IMG/VR virus record: IMGVR_UViG_3300027706_000269 | Coordinates: 27,817 to 91,816 of that record | Reading direction: 5' to 3' (one strand) | Source of the DNA: a virus | Length of the DNA: 64,000 nucleotides | Shown here: piece after piece, positions 1 to 10,014 of the stretch | Position numbering within the stretch: position 1 is the first letter of the stretch | Layout of the letters: each line of letters opens with the position of its first letter | Made by a program: the position numbers and the translations under genes | Notes under the pieces: model-generated | Database searches by the model: none | What the model was told of the DNA's origin: nothing | What the model saw: the letters and a program-made list of their open reading frames with translations, nothing else

Positions 1-674
1 CGCCCGGCAACGTCGCCGAGTTGAAGCTCTCCCTCAAGACCGACGTCTTGGAGCACTACGAGAGCCAGACCGGCCAGCGCTCGCTCGACCACCGCATGGT
101 CAAGCAGAAGTCGGCGACCGTGAACCTCACCATCGAGGAGTTCACCAAGGAGAACCTGGCGCTCGCCCTTTACGGCACCCATGTGGTCGGCACGCCGGGA
201 ACCGTCACCGACGAGCCCATCGGCGGGGCCACGCCGACGGTCGGCGACCGCTACTTCCTCGCACACCCGAAGGTCTCTTCGCTGGTGGTGGTCGACTCGG
301 CCGGCACACCCGCCACGCTGACGGCCGGCACCCACTACACGGCCGATCTGGACTTCGGTGCCCTCCAGTTCTTGGATACCACCGGCTTCACCGCGCCTTT
401 CAAGGCGAGCTACGCCTACGGCGTCGCTACCGAGATCGGCATCTTCACGCAGGCGCTGCCCGAGCGGTACCTGCGGCTCGAAGGCGTCAACACCGCCCAG
501 GGCAACGCCAAGGTGCTGGTCGAGCTCTACCGCGTGGCCTTCGACCCGCTCAAGGAGATCTCCTTCATCTCCGACGAGTACAACAAGTTCGAACTGGAAG
601 GCTCGCTGCTGGCCGACAGCACCAAGCCCTTCGACGCGGTGCTCGGCCAGTTCGGCCGCATCGTGCAGCTCTGA
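1..674 (+). CDS. Major tail tube protein, 5' truncated by window
   Basis: Frame open from position 3 (PGNVAELKLSL...); clear paralog of 50360-51112 (GNVxELKxSL, FELxGxxLAD, GQFGRxV). Confidence 0.85.
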   Translation, partial: PGNVAELKLSLKTDVLEHYESQTGQRSLDHRMVKQKSATVNLTIEEFTKENLALALYGTHVVGTPGTVTDEPIGGATPTVGDRYFLAHPKVSSLVVVDSAGTPATLTAGTHYTADLDFGALQFLDTTGFTAPFKASYAYGVATEIGIFTQALPERYLRLEGVNTAQGNAKVLVELYRVAFDPLKEISFISDEYNKFELEGSLLADSTKPFDAVLGQFGRIVQL

Positions 675-688
675 GGAATGGGTGAGCC

Positions 689-1090
689 ATGAACGATCTG
701 GACACCCTCGTCCCCCAAGGGATCGAACTCGTCATCGACGGCGAGCCCCTGGTCATCAAGCCGCTCAAGGTCGGGCAGTTGCCCGGCTTTCTGCGCGCCA
801 TCTCGCCGGTGATGCAGCAGATCTCGTCCACCGAGATCGACTGGCTGACCCTCTTCGGTGAGCGCGGCGATGACCTTTTGTCCGCCATCGCCATTGCGGT
901 CAACAAGCCCCGGGCATGGGTCGACGAACTGGCCGCCGACGAGGCGATCCTGTTGGCGGCCAAGGTGATCGAGGTGAACGCCGATTTTTTTACTCGGACG
1001 GTGATGCCGAGGCTCGACGGGGTGCTCGCACCGGGCCTGAAGGTGCCCACGACGACGGCGGCGGGTGGTTCGACGTCGTCCAGCACCTGA
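689..1090 (+). CDS. Tail assembly chaperone (lambda gpG analogue)
   Basis: Follows tail tube; paralog of 51117-51551; contains T TTT TTT slippery heptamer. Confidence 0.75.
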   Translation: MNDLDTLVPQGIELVIDGEPLVIKPLKVGQLPGFLRAISPVMQQISSTEIDWLTLFGERGDDLLSAIAIAVNKPRAWVDELAADEAILLAAKVIEVNADFFTRTVMPRLDGVLAPGLKVPTTTAAGGSTSSST

Positions 1091-1296
1091 TCAACCACGG
1101 CCACCGACTGCCCGACGTCCTCGACTACACGCTGGCGCAGTTGCGCGGCTTCATGGCGGCCACGACCCGGTCCGACGCCACACGGGACGCCCGACTGTTG
1201 TCGCTGATCGCTATCGGCTCCCGCGGCGACACGCGCCAGCTCGACAAGACCCTCGACCGCCTGACAGACCATGCGCATCTCGATCCGCATCGATAG
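985..1296 (+). CDS. -1 frameshift extension of tail chaperone (gpGT analogue)
   Basis: Open -1 frame from heptamer 985-991; GWxDxVxxLxxxGHR..YTLAQxRG conserved with the prophage B copy. Confidence 0.7.
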   Translation, partial: FFYSDGDAEARRGARTGPEGAHDDGGGWFDVVQHLINHGHRLPDVLDYTLAQLRGFMAATTRSDATRDARLLSLIAIGSRGDTRQLDKTLDRLTDHAHLDPHR

Positions 1297-1915
1297 CGCC
1301 GCCGGCAACGCACAGTTGCGCCGCTGGGGCGGCGAGTTCCGGACCAAGGTGCAGAGAGCGGTGGAGCGCGCCATGCGCACCGAGGCCACCGAGATCAAGG
1401 ACGACGTGCGTGCCCATGTGGCCGGTCAGATGTCGGTGGTCAGGAAGTCCTTCCTCAAGGGCTTCACCGCCAAGGTGCTGGCCAAGGACCCGAAACGGCT
1501 GCCGGCGCTCTACGTCGGCTCGCGGATTCCGTGGTCGGCCATGCACGAGACCGGTGGACAGATCGCCGGGCGGATGCTGATCCCCTTGCACGGACGGGTC
1601 GGACGCAAGCGCTTCAAGGCGCAAGTGGCCGAACTCATGCGCGGCGGCAACGCCTACTTCATCAAGAACGCCAAGGGGAACATCGTCCTGATGGCCGAGA
1701 ACATCAAGGAGCACGACCGGCCGCTGTCGGGCTTCAAGCGCCGCTACCGCAAGGCCGAAGGCGTCAAGCGGCTGAAGCGCGGCGCCGACATTCCCATCGC
1801 CGTGCTCGTGCCCAAGGTGGTGCTCAAGAAGCGCCTGAACGTTGAGCGCCTGGTGGCGGGCCGGATTCCGCGTCTGTCGGCTGCCGTCGAGCGCGAGATT
1901 AGCGTCGTCGACTGA
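1271..1915 (+). CDS. Conserved phage tail-region protein (DUF6441-like)
   Basis: Basic 214-aa protein, paralog of 51712-52353 (RLPALxVGSRIPW, GRMLIPL, LMAEN). Confidence 0.75.
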   Translation: MRISIRIDSAAGNAQLRRWGGEFRTKVQRAVERAMRTEATEIKDDVRAHVAGQMSVVRKSFLKGFTAKVLAKDPKRLPALYVGSRIPWSAMHETGGQIAGRMLIPLHGRVGRKRFKAQVAELMRGGNAYFIKNAKGNIVLMAENIKEHDRPLSGFKRRYRKAEGVKRLKRGADIPIAVLVPKVVLKKRLNVERLVAGRIPRLSAAVEREISVVD

Positions 1916-1918
1916 CCC

Positions 1919-4900
1919 ATGGCCAAGCGAATCTCCATCCTCGTCGCGCTGGAAGGTGCCGACGAGGGGCTCAAGCGCGCCATCACGTCGGCCGAGCGCA
2001 GCCTCGGCGAACTGTCCAACACGGCCAAGACCAGCGGCGCCAAGGCCGCGTCGGGCATCGCCGAAGTGCGCGCGGGCATGTCCGCCTTCGGCGAGCAGGT
2101 CAACCGGGCCAAGACCCAGTTGCTGGCTTTCCTGACGATCAATTGGGCTGGCGGCAAGGTCCAGGAGATCGTCCAGATCGCTGACGCGTGGAACATGATG
2201 TCCGCGCGCCTGAAGCTGGCCACTGCCGGGCAGCGCGAGTACGTCACTGCGCAGAAGGAACTCTTCGCCATCGCGCAGCGCAGCGGCTTAGCCGTCCAGG
2301 AGACGGCCACGCTGTACGGCAAGCTGCAGCAGGCCGTGCGCATGCTCGGCGGCGAACAGCAGGACGCGCTGTCCATCACCGAGAGCATCTCGCAGGCGCT
2401 GCGGCTGTCGGGCGCGTCCGCCACCGAAGCCCAGTCGTCGCTGCTGCAGTTCGGCCAGGCGCTGGCCTCGGGCGTGCTGCGCGGCGAGGAGTTCAACTCC
2501 GTCGTCGAGAACAGCCCGCGCTTGGCGCAGGCCCTGGCCGATGGCCTGAACGTCCCCATCGGCCGGCTGCGCAAGCTCGCCGAAGAAGGCCGCCTGACCG
2601 CCGACGTGGTGGTCAACGCGCTGATGAGCCAGAAGGACAAGCTGGCCACCGAATACGCGCAGTTGCCGCAGACGGTCAGCCAGAGCTTCGAGCGCCTGCG
2701 CAACGCCTTCGCCCAATGGGTCAGCAAGGTCGACGAGTCCACCGGCTTCACCAAGAAGCTGGCCGAGGCGCTCACATTCCTCGCCAACAACCTCGACACG
2801 GTGATGCAATGGTTGAAACGCATCGCCGAAGTCGGGCTGGCGGTGCTGATCTACCGTCTGATCCCGGCCCTGATCACCGCCTGGCAGACGGCGGGAGCGG
2901 CGGCGGTCACGGCGGCCACCGCCACGTCGGCGGCGTGGGCGACTGCGAACCTGTCTGTGTCGGCAGCGGTGGCCAGCGTCGGCCTGCTCAAGACCGCGTT
3001 CGCGGTCCTGGGCGCCTTCCTCGTCGGCTGGGAGATTGGCACCTGGCTGTCCGAGAAGTTCGAGATCGTGCGCAAGGCCGGCATCTTCATGGTGGAGATG
3101 CTGGTCAAGGGCATCGAGCAGCTGCGCTACCGCTGGGAGGTCTTCGCCGCCATCTTCACCTCGGACACGATTGCCGAGGCCACGAAGCACCACGAGGCTC
3201 GGCTCGCGGAGATGAACCAGATCTTCGCGCAGATGTATGCCGACGCCTCTCGCGGGGCGGAAGCGGTCAAGGGCGCGATGAACACCGCCGCGACCACCGC
3301 CGAGGAGATCGCCAAGCGGCTGGAGGCCGTGCGCCAGGGCACGCAGGAGGCGGTCGGCCGGGGCATCGAGGCGGTGCACACCGCGCTGGAGCGCCTGAAG
3401 ACCCGGCTCGGCGAGGTCGAGCAGGCTGTCGGCAAGGCCAACCAGACGGTCTTTGAGGCCACCGCCAAGATGGCCGAGGCGTACAAGGGCCTCACGTCCA
3501 TCGTCGAGGCCAATCTGCTGCGGCAGATCGAGGCGGTGAAGGCGCGCTACCAGCAAGAGCAGTCGGCGCTGGAGACCACCAAGCAGTCCGAGGCGGCGCT
3601 GATCACCAAGGCGACGCAGCTGCTTACCGAGGCGCTGACCCATCAGACGACGTTGCGCCGGCAGGCGACGACGGACACCCTCAAGCTGATCGATGACGAG
3701 TCACGAGCCCGCGTCGAGGCCGCGCGCCGGCAGGGGCAGACCGAGGAGGAGCGTCGAGCCAACGTCCAGCGCGTCGAGAACGAGATCCTGGCGACCAAGC
3801 GCCAGACGATGACGCAGGCGCTGGCCGATTACCGGCAGCACATCGACGCCCTCAACGCCGAGGCCAACCGGCACCTCGCCGAGATCAAGCGCATCGAGGA
3901 GGAGAAACGCCAGCTCTCGATGACGACGGAGGAGCGCATCCGCGACATCCGCCGTCAGGGCATGACCGAGTTCGAGGCCACCGAGGACCGCAAGCGCCAG
4001 GTCGCCGAGTACCAGGAGAAGGCACGCACGGCGCTGGCCAACGGCGAGTTCGAGCAGGCCCGGCAGCTCGCGCAGAAGGCGATGGACCTCGCCTCGCAGG
4101 TGGCGAGTGCCCAGACCAGCGAGGCCAAGCGCGGCGAGGATGCGCGCAAGGCTTCCGAGCAAGCGGTCACCCAGGTCACCCAGCTCGAGGCGCAGTCACG
4201 AGAGGCGTACCGCAAGCAGGAGTACGCGCAGGCCGAGGCCCTGATGCGTCAGGCCGACCAACTGCGCGCGGAACTGGCGCAGCGGACCAAGGAGGCGGAC
4301 GCCCAGATCGCCCAAGGCAAGGACGGCGTCAACCAGGCCATCCAGCGCATCCGGGAGTCCGAGGAGATCCTCAACCAGACCCTGGACGCCGAGGCCAAGG
4401 CGCACCAGCGCGCCGCGCAGGCGGCGCTTTCGGCGCGCGACGAGATCCAGCGCACGCTCACCGAGACTTCCAACCAGATCGACCAGATCACGGCGAAGCT
4501 CGCCGAAGGGCTCAAGGTCACGCTCGACGCGGACACCTCGCGGTTCGACCAGGCGATTGCCGATCTCGACAAGGCCATCGCCGAGAAGCAGTACCTGCTG
4601 GCGATCCAGGCCGATCTGCAGGAGGCGGAGAAGAAGCTCAAGGAGTACGAGCAGCTGCTCAAGGAGGGCAAGACGCTACCGGTCGATGCCGACGTGTCGA
4701 AGGCCAAGGAGGCGCTCGACAAGCTCAAGGTCTACGCCGACCAGAACTCGCAGTTCGAACTCAAGGTGGCCACGGAGAAGGCGCAGGCGGCCATCACCAA
4801 CGTCGAGGGGATGATCAAGGCACTGGATCGCATCCAGACCGAGTCCCGGCATCAGGTCAGCACCAACGCCGATGCGGCTCGCGCCGAGATCATGAGTCTC

Positions 4901-5971
4901 AACGGGGCCAACACCTCGAGCACGCACACGATCTACGTGCGCAAGGTGGAGACGAACGCCACCGGTGGCCTGGTCGGACGCGGTGTGCGCTGGTTTGCCA
5001 GCGGTGGCTTGGCCGCTGCTTCAACGCCAGGTGGGTCGGTGGCGGCCGCGTTCCCAAGGATGAGCGGCGGTTCCGTCCCCGGCTCGGGCCACCACGACAC
5101 GGTGCCACGCACGCTGGAGGCCGGGGCCTTCGTGATCCGCAAGGCGGCGGTGCAGAAGTACGGCAGCGGCACGCTGGCGCGCCTGGCCAACGGGGTGGCG
5201 CGCTTCGCCGTCGGCGGTCCGGTGCGGGTATTCGGTGGCGGTCGCTCGCCGGCCAACGGCGAGCAGCCCAGCACTCCGAAAAAGAACCGCGAGGCTGCCG
5301 AAGCGCTGAAGATGATCGAGCTCGGCCTGAAGGCAATGAATGAGTACACCGGCTGGCTGGAGTGGAACTACGGCGCCTCGGTCAGTCTGGACATGAAGCG
5401 CAAGACGATGGCGTACTGGGGCGAGATGGCGCAGTCCGACCGCCGCGCCATCGAGGGGTTCATCGACCGCAAGACGCTGACCGGCAACGAGCGCCAGACG
5501 CTGGATCGCATCAAACAGAACTGGCGACAGGCAATGGCGCAGCCTCTGGTCTACGGCAAGGACGTCGAGCGCGAGCTGATCGACTACATGGAGCAGAACC
5601 AGGGCGAGTTCTACCGGCTCGGTGGTATCGCCAAGTCGGACAGCGTGCCCGCCATGCTCACGCCGGGCGAGTACGTGGTGAACAAGGAGGCGGTGGCGCG
5701 CTACGGCGCGGGCTTCTTCGAGGCGGTCAACAGCCTGTCGGTGCCCGCCAAGGCGCTCGCGCAACGCGTGCAGGGCTTCGCCACCGGTGGCCTCGTTCGG
5801 CCTTCGGGTGCGGCACCAGTGCGTCCCGTTCTGCCGCCTGAAGGTGCGCCGTCCCGCACCGTCCGGGTTGAACTGGCTGCAGGCGACCGCAAGGTCACCG
5901 CCTCGGTCGATGCGCGCGACGAGTCGCGCCTGCTGCAACTGCTGGAAGTCGCCCGGGCCCGGGCGGTCTGA
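1919..5971 (+). CDS. Tail tape measure protein
   Basis: 1350 aa, Ala/Glu/Gln-rich helical; LQFGQALASGVLRGEEFNSV tape-measure motif; C-terminal FATGG / DxVPxxLxxGExV motifs. Confidence 0.92.
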   Translation: MAKRISILVALEGADEGLKRAITSAERSLGELSNTAKTSGAKAASGIAEVRAGMSAFGEQVNRAKTQLLAFLTINWAGGKVQEIVQIADAWNMMSARLKLATAGQREYVTAQKELFAIAQRSGLAVQETATLYGKLQQAVRMLGGEQQDALSITESISQALRLSGASATEAQSSLLQFGQALASGVLRGEEFNSVVENSPRLAQALADGLNVPIGRLRKLAEEGRLTADVVVNALMSQKDKLATEYAQLPQTVSQSFERLRNAFAQWVSKVDESTGFTKKLAEALTFLANNLDTVMQWLKRIAEVGLAVLIYRLIPALITAWQTAGAAAVTAATATSAAWATANLSVSAAVASVGLLKTAFAVLGAFLVGWEIGTWLSEKFEIVRKAGIFMVEMLVKGIEQLRYRWEVFAAIFTSDTIAEATKHHEARLAEMNQIFAQMYADASRGAEAVKGAMNTAATTAEEIAKRLEAVRQGTQEAVGRGIEAVHTALERLKTRLGEVEQAVGKANQTVFEATAKMAEAYKGLTSIVEANLLRQIEAVKARYQQEQSALETTKQSEAALITKATQLLTEALTHQTTLRRQATTDTLKLIDDESRARVEAARRQGQTEEERRANVQRVENEILATKRQTMTQALADYRQHIDALNAEANRHLAEIKRIEEEKRQLSMTTEERIRDIRRQGMTEFEATEDRKRQVAEYQEKARTALANGEFEQARQLAQKAMDLASQVASAQTSEAKRGEDARKASEQAVTQVTQLEAQSREAYRKQEYAQAEALMRQADQLRAELAQRTKEADAQIAQGKDGVNQAIQRIRESEEILNQTLDAEAKAHQRAAQAALSARDEIQRTLTETSNQIDQITAKLAEGLKVTLDADTSRFDQAIADLDKAIAEKQYLLAIQADLQEAEKKLKEYEQLLKEGKTLPVDADVSKAKEALDKLKVYADQNSQFELKVATEKAQAAITNVEGMIKALDRIQTESRHQVSTNADAARAEIMSLNGANTSSTHTIYVRKVETNATGGLVGRGVRWFASGGLAAASTPGGSVAAAFPRMSGGSVPGSGHHDTVPRTLEAGAFVIRKAAVQKYGSGTLARLANGVARFAVGGPVRVFGGGRSPANGEQPSTPKKNREAAEALKMIELGLKAMNEYTGWLEWNYGASVSLDMKRKTMAYWGEMAQSDRRAIEGFIDRKTLTGNERQTLDRIKQNWRQAMAQPLVYGKDVERELIDYMEQNQGEFYRLGGIAKSDSVPAMLTPGEYVVNKEAVARYGAGFFEAVNSLSVPAKALAQRVQGFATGGLVRPSGAAPVRPVLPPEGAPSRTVRVELAAGDRKVTASVDARDESRLLQLLEVARARAV

Positions 5972-5982
5972 GTCCCATTCCC

Positions 5983-6390
5983 ATGCAACTGAAGAACCTC
6001 GCGACCGGGGTGGCTCTGCTATTGCCCGACGACTTGCTGTGGACCGACGAGCACGCCTGGACGCCGGCCGTGGCTTCGATGTCCTACCTCGTGACCGGCG
6101 CGCTGCTCGTGCAGTCCGCTGTGCGCCAAGCCGGTCGGCCGATCACGCTGGCCGGTGCCATCGACATGGCCTGGGTGACGCGGGCGACGGTTGCCGCGCT
6201 CTACGAGTGGGCCGCCGTCCCGCTGGGCGTGAGCAGCGGCCGCTTCGAGCTGACGCTGGCCGACAGGCGTGTGTTCGAGGTGGCCTTTCGGCACGGCGAG
6301 ACACCTGTCGAGGCCGAGCCCGTCGCCGGCTTCCCCGCCCGATCCGACGACGACTTCTACCGACTGACCCTGCGATTCCTGGAGCTCTGA
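5983..6390 (+). CDS. Tail tip (distal tail-like) protein
   Basis: Directly after TMP; LPDDLLWTDE..GRPITL pattern. Confidence 0.6.
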   Translation: MQLKNLATGVALLLPDDLLWTDEHAWTPAVASMSYLVTGALLVQSAVRQAGRPITLAGAIDMAWVTRATVAALYEWAAVPLGVSSGRFELTLADRRVFEVAFRHGETPVEAEPVAGFPARSDDDFYRLTLRFLEL

Positions 6391-6391
6391 C

Positions 6392-9300
6392 ATGCCGATC
6401 CAATCCGGCGACGTGAAACTGCTGAAGTCCGCCGTGATGGCGGACGTGCCGGAAGGCGGCGGTGCGCCCACCGGAATCACCATCGCTGATGGCGTTTCCA
6501 ACGCCATCTTCCCGGACATCTCCGAACTGGATCGTGCGGGCGGCCGGGTGAACCTGCGCAAGTCCTTCGTCTCGGTGCAGACGGGCGACACCGACACCTA
6601 CTTCGGCGCGAACGTGATCGTCGCCGAGCCGCCTCAGGACCCGCGCGTCAGCGTAACGCTGTTCAGCACGGCCAAGACCTTCGATACCCGCGAGCAGGCG
6701 CAGGTGCGCATCGAGGCCTATCTCAACAAGGGTCCGGAGTGGGCCGGCTATCTGTTCGAGAACCACATCGCCGGCCAGCGCGTGATCCAGTTGTTTCAGC
6801 GCACGACCGACACCGTGCCCAACGTCGGGCAGACGCTGGTGCTGATCGAGAACGAGGGGCTCGGCACGCAGAAGGAGCAGTACGTGCGAGCGACGTCGGT
6901 CTCCGTCGTCGAGCGCACGTTCACCTACAACAACGACCAGGACTACAAGGCCTGCGTCGTCACGGTCAGCATCAGCGACGCGCTGCGGTACGACTTCACT
7001 GGCTCGCCGGCGAGTCGCACGTTCACGCGCATCGGCAGCGCTACCCGCGTGCGCGACACCGTGGTGGCCGACGCCGGTACCTACGTCGGCGTGGTGCCGC
7101 TCACGCAGCCAGCGTCCGTTGGTGACTTCACCATCAAGGGCGCCTCGATTTACACCCAGCTCGTGCCGAGTGCGCAGACCGAGACACCGATCTCGGGCGT
7201 AGCCCCGTATGCCGCTGCGGGTCTACCGGTGCCCGGCGCCGTGGCGGTGAGCTACACGGCAAGTCACGCCTGGACGCCGACCGTGGCGTTCAACCTGCCG
7301 GGCGGCTGCTTGCCGGGATCGCTCTCCATCCAGACGGCTGGCATCACGATCTTCGACGACGCGGGTCTGCTCAAGACGGCGAGCGGAACCATCGGCACCA
7401 TCGACTACGCCAACGGCATCCTGACCCTGAACTCGGGCTCGATGTCGGGCTCCAAGGCCGTCACCTACACCCCGGCTGCCCGCATCCTGCGCGCTCCGCA
7501 AAGCTCCGAGGTTCCGATCACCCCGGAGTCGCGCAGCCAGTCCTACGTCGGTACGGTGTTGCCCGTGCCGCAGCCTGGAACGCTGTCGATCAGCTACATG
7601 GCGCAGGGTCGCTGGTACGTGCTGTCCGACGGCGGCAACGGCTCGCTCAAGGGGCTGGATGCCAGCTACGGTGCTGGAACGATCAATCGCAACACTGGCG
7701 CGTTCGTCGTGACGCTGGGCGCGCTGCCCGACGTCGGTTCCTCGCTCATCCTGACGTGGAACGTCCCGACGCAAGAGACGCAGCAACCTTCGACGGCTCT
7801 CAAGGCGGCCCAGACCCTGACCCTGAATCCACCGGCCGAGAAGGCGGTGCAGCCAGGCACGCTGTCGGTGTCCTGGCAAGAGCACGGCGGAAGCGACGGC
7901 ACCAAGACGGCAACGGCCAACGCGGCTGGAGATCTCTCGGGTGCGGCAACGGGCCGGGTGAACATCGCGGGCAGCCGCGTCGAGTTCGCGCCCAACGTTC
8001 TACCCGCGGTGGGGACGCTGCTCACCGTGAGCTACGTGGCGGGGCCGAAGCAGGAGGACAGCTTCGCCCACCCGTCGCGCAACGGCGCGGGGCAGTTGCC
8101 GGTGACCGCGACGCTCGGCGCCATCGAGCCGGGCTCCCTGGAAGTCGAGTGGAACACCCTGACCGACGAGGCGGTACTCGGGGCGTACACCTTCCAGCAG
8201 TTGCTGGAGATGGGCGTGGCGGTGTCGATCTGGCGTGATCCCATCCAGATCGCACGAGACAACGGTGCTGGCGCGGTCGTGCTCAACGGGGTCAGCATCG
8301 GCACGGTCAACTACGCCACCGGGCAGGTGGCGTTCAACCCCGATGTGACCATCCGGATTCCGCGGCCGAACTACACGGCAGTGGCCATCAACGGCACCGG
8401 ACGCTGGCGCCTGAACTACAGCGGCATGTCGTACGTCGACGCGCCTTCGGTGTACCCGAACGACGAGTCGGGCTTCGTGAAGCTGCGCTACAACAGCCCG
8501 GGCGCGACGAGCACGCTGACCGAGACCTTTGCGTTCGCGCCCTCGTTCAAGCTGGTGCCTGGCGTCAACGCGCAGGTGGTGAGCGGCACCGTGCTGCTCA
8601 CCGTCCCCGGCGCGCAGCCCTGGGGTGACAACGGTCAGGGCACTTTGCGGGAGTTCACGCCCAGCGGCTGGGTGACGCGCGGCTCGATCAACTATCTCTC
8701 CGGCGACGTCACGCTCACCTCGTGGACGGCCGGCACCGATAACGCGATCACGCGCGCCAGCTGCGTGACCACGGTCGGCGAAAACATCTCCAGCGAGTAC
8801 GTGTTCCGGACGGGCGCAGCGCCCCTGCGCCCGGGTTCGCTCTCCGTCCAATTCGCCCGCGCGGTGGGTGGCACGCAGAGTGTGAACGCAGGCATCGACG
8901 GCAAGATCGAGGCGACCGGCGTCTCCGGCACAGTGGACTACGAGAGCGGATTGGTTCGCCTGCGCTTCGGCCGAATGGTGACCGCCGCCGGCAACGAGAG
9001 TCAGCCCTGGTACGCCGCCGAAGGGGTGGGCGCCGACGGCAAGATCTTCAAGCCCGAGCCGGTGGCGGCCTCCAGCGTGCGCTACAGCGCGGTGGCCTAC
9101 AGCTACCTCCCGCTGGACGCGAACCTGCTGGGTATCGACCCGGTGCGCCTGCCGAGCGATGGTCGCGTTCCCATCTTCCGGCCCGGGGGCTTCGCGGTGG
9201 TTGGGCACACCGGGCGCATCACCACATCGGTCAGCAACGGTCAGACCATCAACTGCGCGCGGGTTCGTCTTTCGCGCGTGCGGGTGGTGGGACACGACGG

Positions 9301-9991
9301 CACGGTCATCCACAGCGGCTACACCGCCGACCTCGAGGCCGGCACCGTCACGTTCACCAACGTCACCGGCTACAGCCAGCCGGTGACCATCGAGCACCGC
9401 GTCGAGGACATGGCCGTCGTTCGGGACGTGCAGATCAGCGGCGAGATCAGCTTCACGCGGGCGCTGACGCATGAGTACCCGGTGGCGAGTCCTGGTGACC
9501 CTTCATCCGGGAGTTTCGTCTCCAGCGCTCTGGTTGCCGGTGATCTCTTCGCCCGCGTCAGCCTGGTGTTCGACCAGGCCACTTGGAACGGCGCGTGGTC
9601 GGATGCGCTGGTCGGCAGCGCCGCCACCGCGACCTTCAACAACACGCAGTACCCGATCCAGGTCACCAATCGCGGTGCGCTGACCGAGCGCTGGATCGTG
9701 CGCTTCACCAACAACACCTCGTTCGAGGTGATCGGCGAGAACGTCGGCGTCATCGCCACCGGCAACACCAGCGCTGACTGCGCGCCGAACAACCCGGCGA
9801 CCGGCGTCCCGTACTTCCACCTCCCCGCGCTGGGCTGGGGCAATGGCTGGGCGACCGGCAACGTCCTGCGCTTCAACACCATCGGCGCGCAGTTCCCGGT
9901 GTGGGTGGTGCGCACCGTCCAGCAGGGCCCGGAGAGCGTGCCCGACGACAACTTCACGTTGCTGATCCGCGGCGACGTGGATACCCCCTGA
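6392..9991 (+). CDS. Large virion structural / tail protein
   Basis: 1199 aa, beta-rich Gly/Thr/Val composition with repeated GTxxYxTG motifs; in tail operon. Confidence 0.75.
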   Translation: MPIQSGDVKLLKSAVMADVPEGGGAPTGITIADGVSNAIFPDISELDRAGGRVNLRKSFVSVQTGDTDTYFGANVIVAEPPQDPRVSVTLFSTAKTFDTREQAQVRIEAYLNKGPEWAGYLFENHIAGQRVIQLFQRTTDTVPNVGQTLVLIENEGLGTQKEQYVRATSVSVVERTFTYNNDQDYKACVVTVSISDALRYDFTGSPASRTFTRIGSATRVRDTVVADAGTYVGVVPLTQPASVGDFTIKGASIYTQLVPSAQTETPISGVAPYAAAGLPVPGAVAVSYTASHAWTPTVAFNLPGGCLPGSLSIQTAGITIFDDAGLLKTASGTIGTIDYANGILTLNSGSMSGSKAVTYTPAARILRAPQSSEVPITPESRSQSYVGTVLPVPQPGTLSISYMAQGRWYVLSDGGNGSLKGLDASYGAGTINRNTGAFVVTLGALPDVGSSLILTWNVPTQETQQPSTALKAAQTLTLNPPAEKAVQPGTLSVSWQEHGGSDGTKTATANAAGDLSGAATGRVNIAGSRVEFAPNVLPAVGTLLTVSYVAGPKQEDSFAHPSRNGAGQLPVTATLGAIEPGSLEVEWNTLTDEAVLGAYTFQQLLEMGVAVSIWRDPIQIARDNGAGAVVLNGVSIGTVNYATGQVAFNPDVTIRIPRPNYTAVAINGTGRWRLNYSGMSYVDAPSVYPNDESGFVKLRYNSPGATSTLTETFAFAPSFKLVPGVNAQVVSGTVLLTVPGAQPWGDNGQGTLREFTPSGWVTRGSINYLSGDVTLTSWTAGTDNAITRASCVTTVGENISSEYVFRTGAAPLRPGSLSVQFARAVGGTQSVNAGIDGKIEATGVSGTVDYESGLVRLRFGRMVTAAGNESQPWYAAEGVGADGKIFKPEPVAASSVRYSAVAYSYLPLDANLLGIDPVRLPSDGRVPIFRPGGFAVVGHTGRITTSVSNGQTINCARVRLSRVRVVGHDGTVIHSGYTADLEAGTVTFTNVTGYSQPVTIEHRVEDMAVVRDVQISGEISFTRALTHEYPVASPGDPSSGSFVSSALVAGDLFARVSLVFDQATWNGAWSDALVGSAATATFNNTQYPIQVTNRGALTERWIVRFTNNTSFEVIGENVGVIATGNTSADCAPNNPATGVPYFHLPALGWGNGWATGNVLRFNTIGAQFPVWVVRTVQQGPESVPDDNFTLLIRGDVDTP

Positions 9992-10014
9992 ACTCGCAGA
10001 CTGGAACTCACGAC

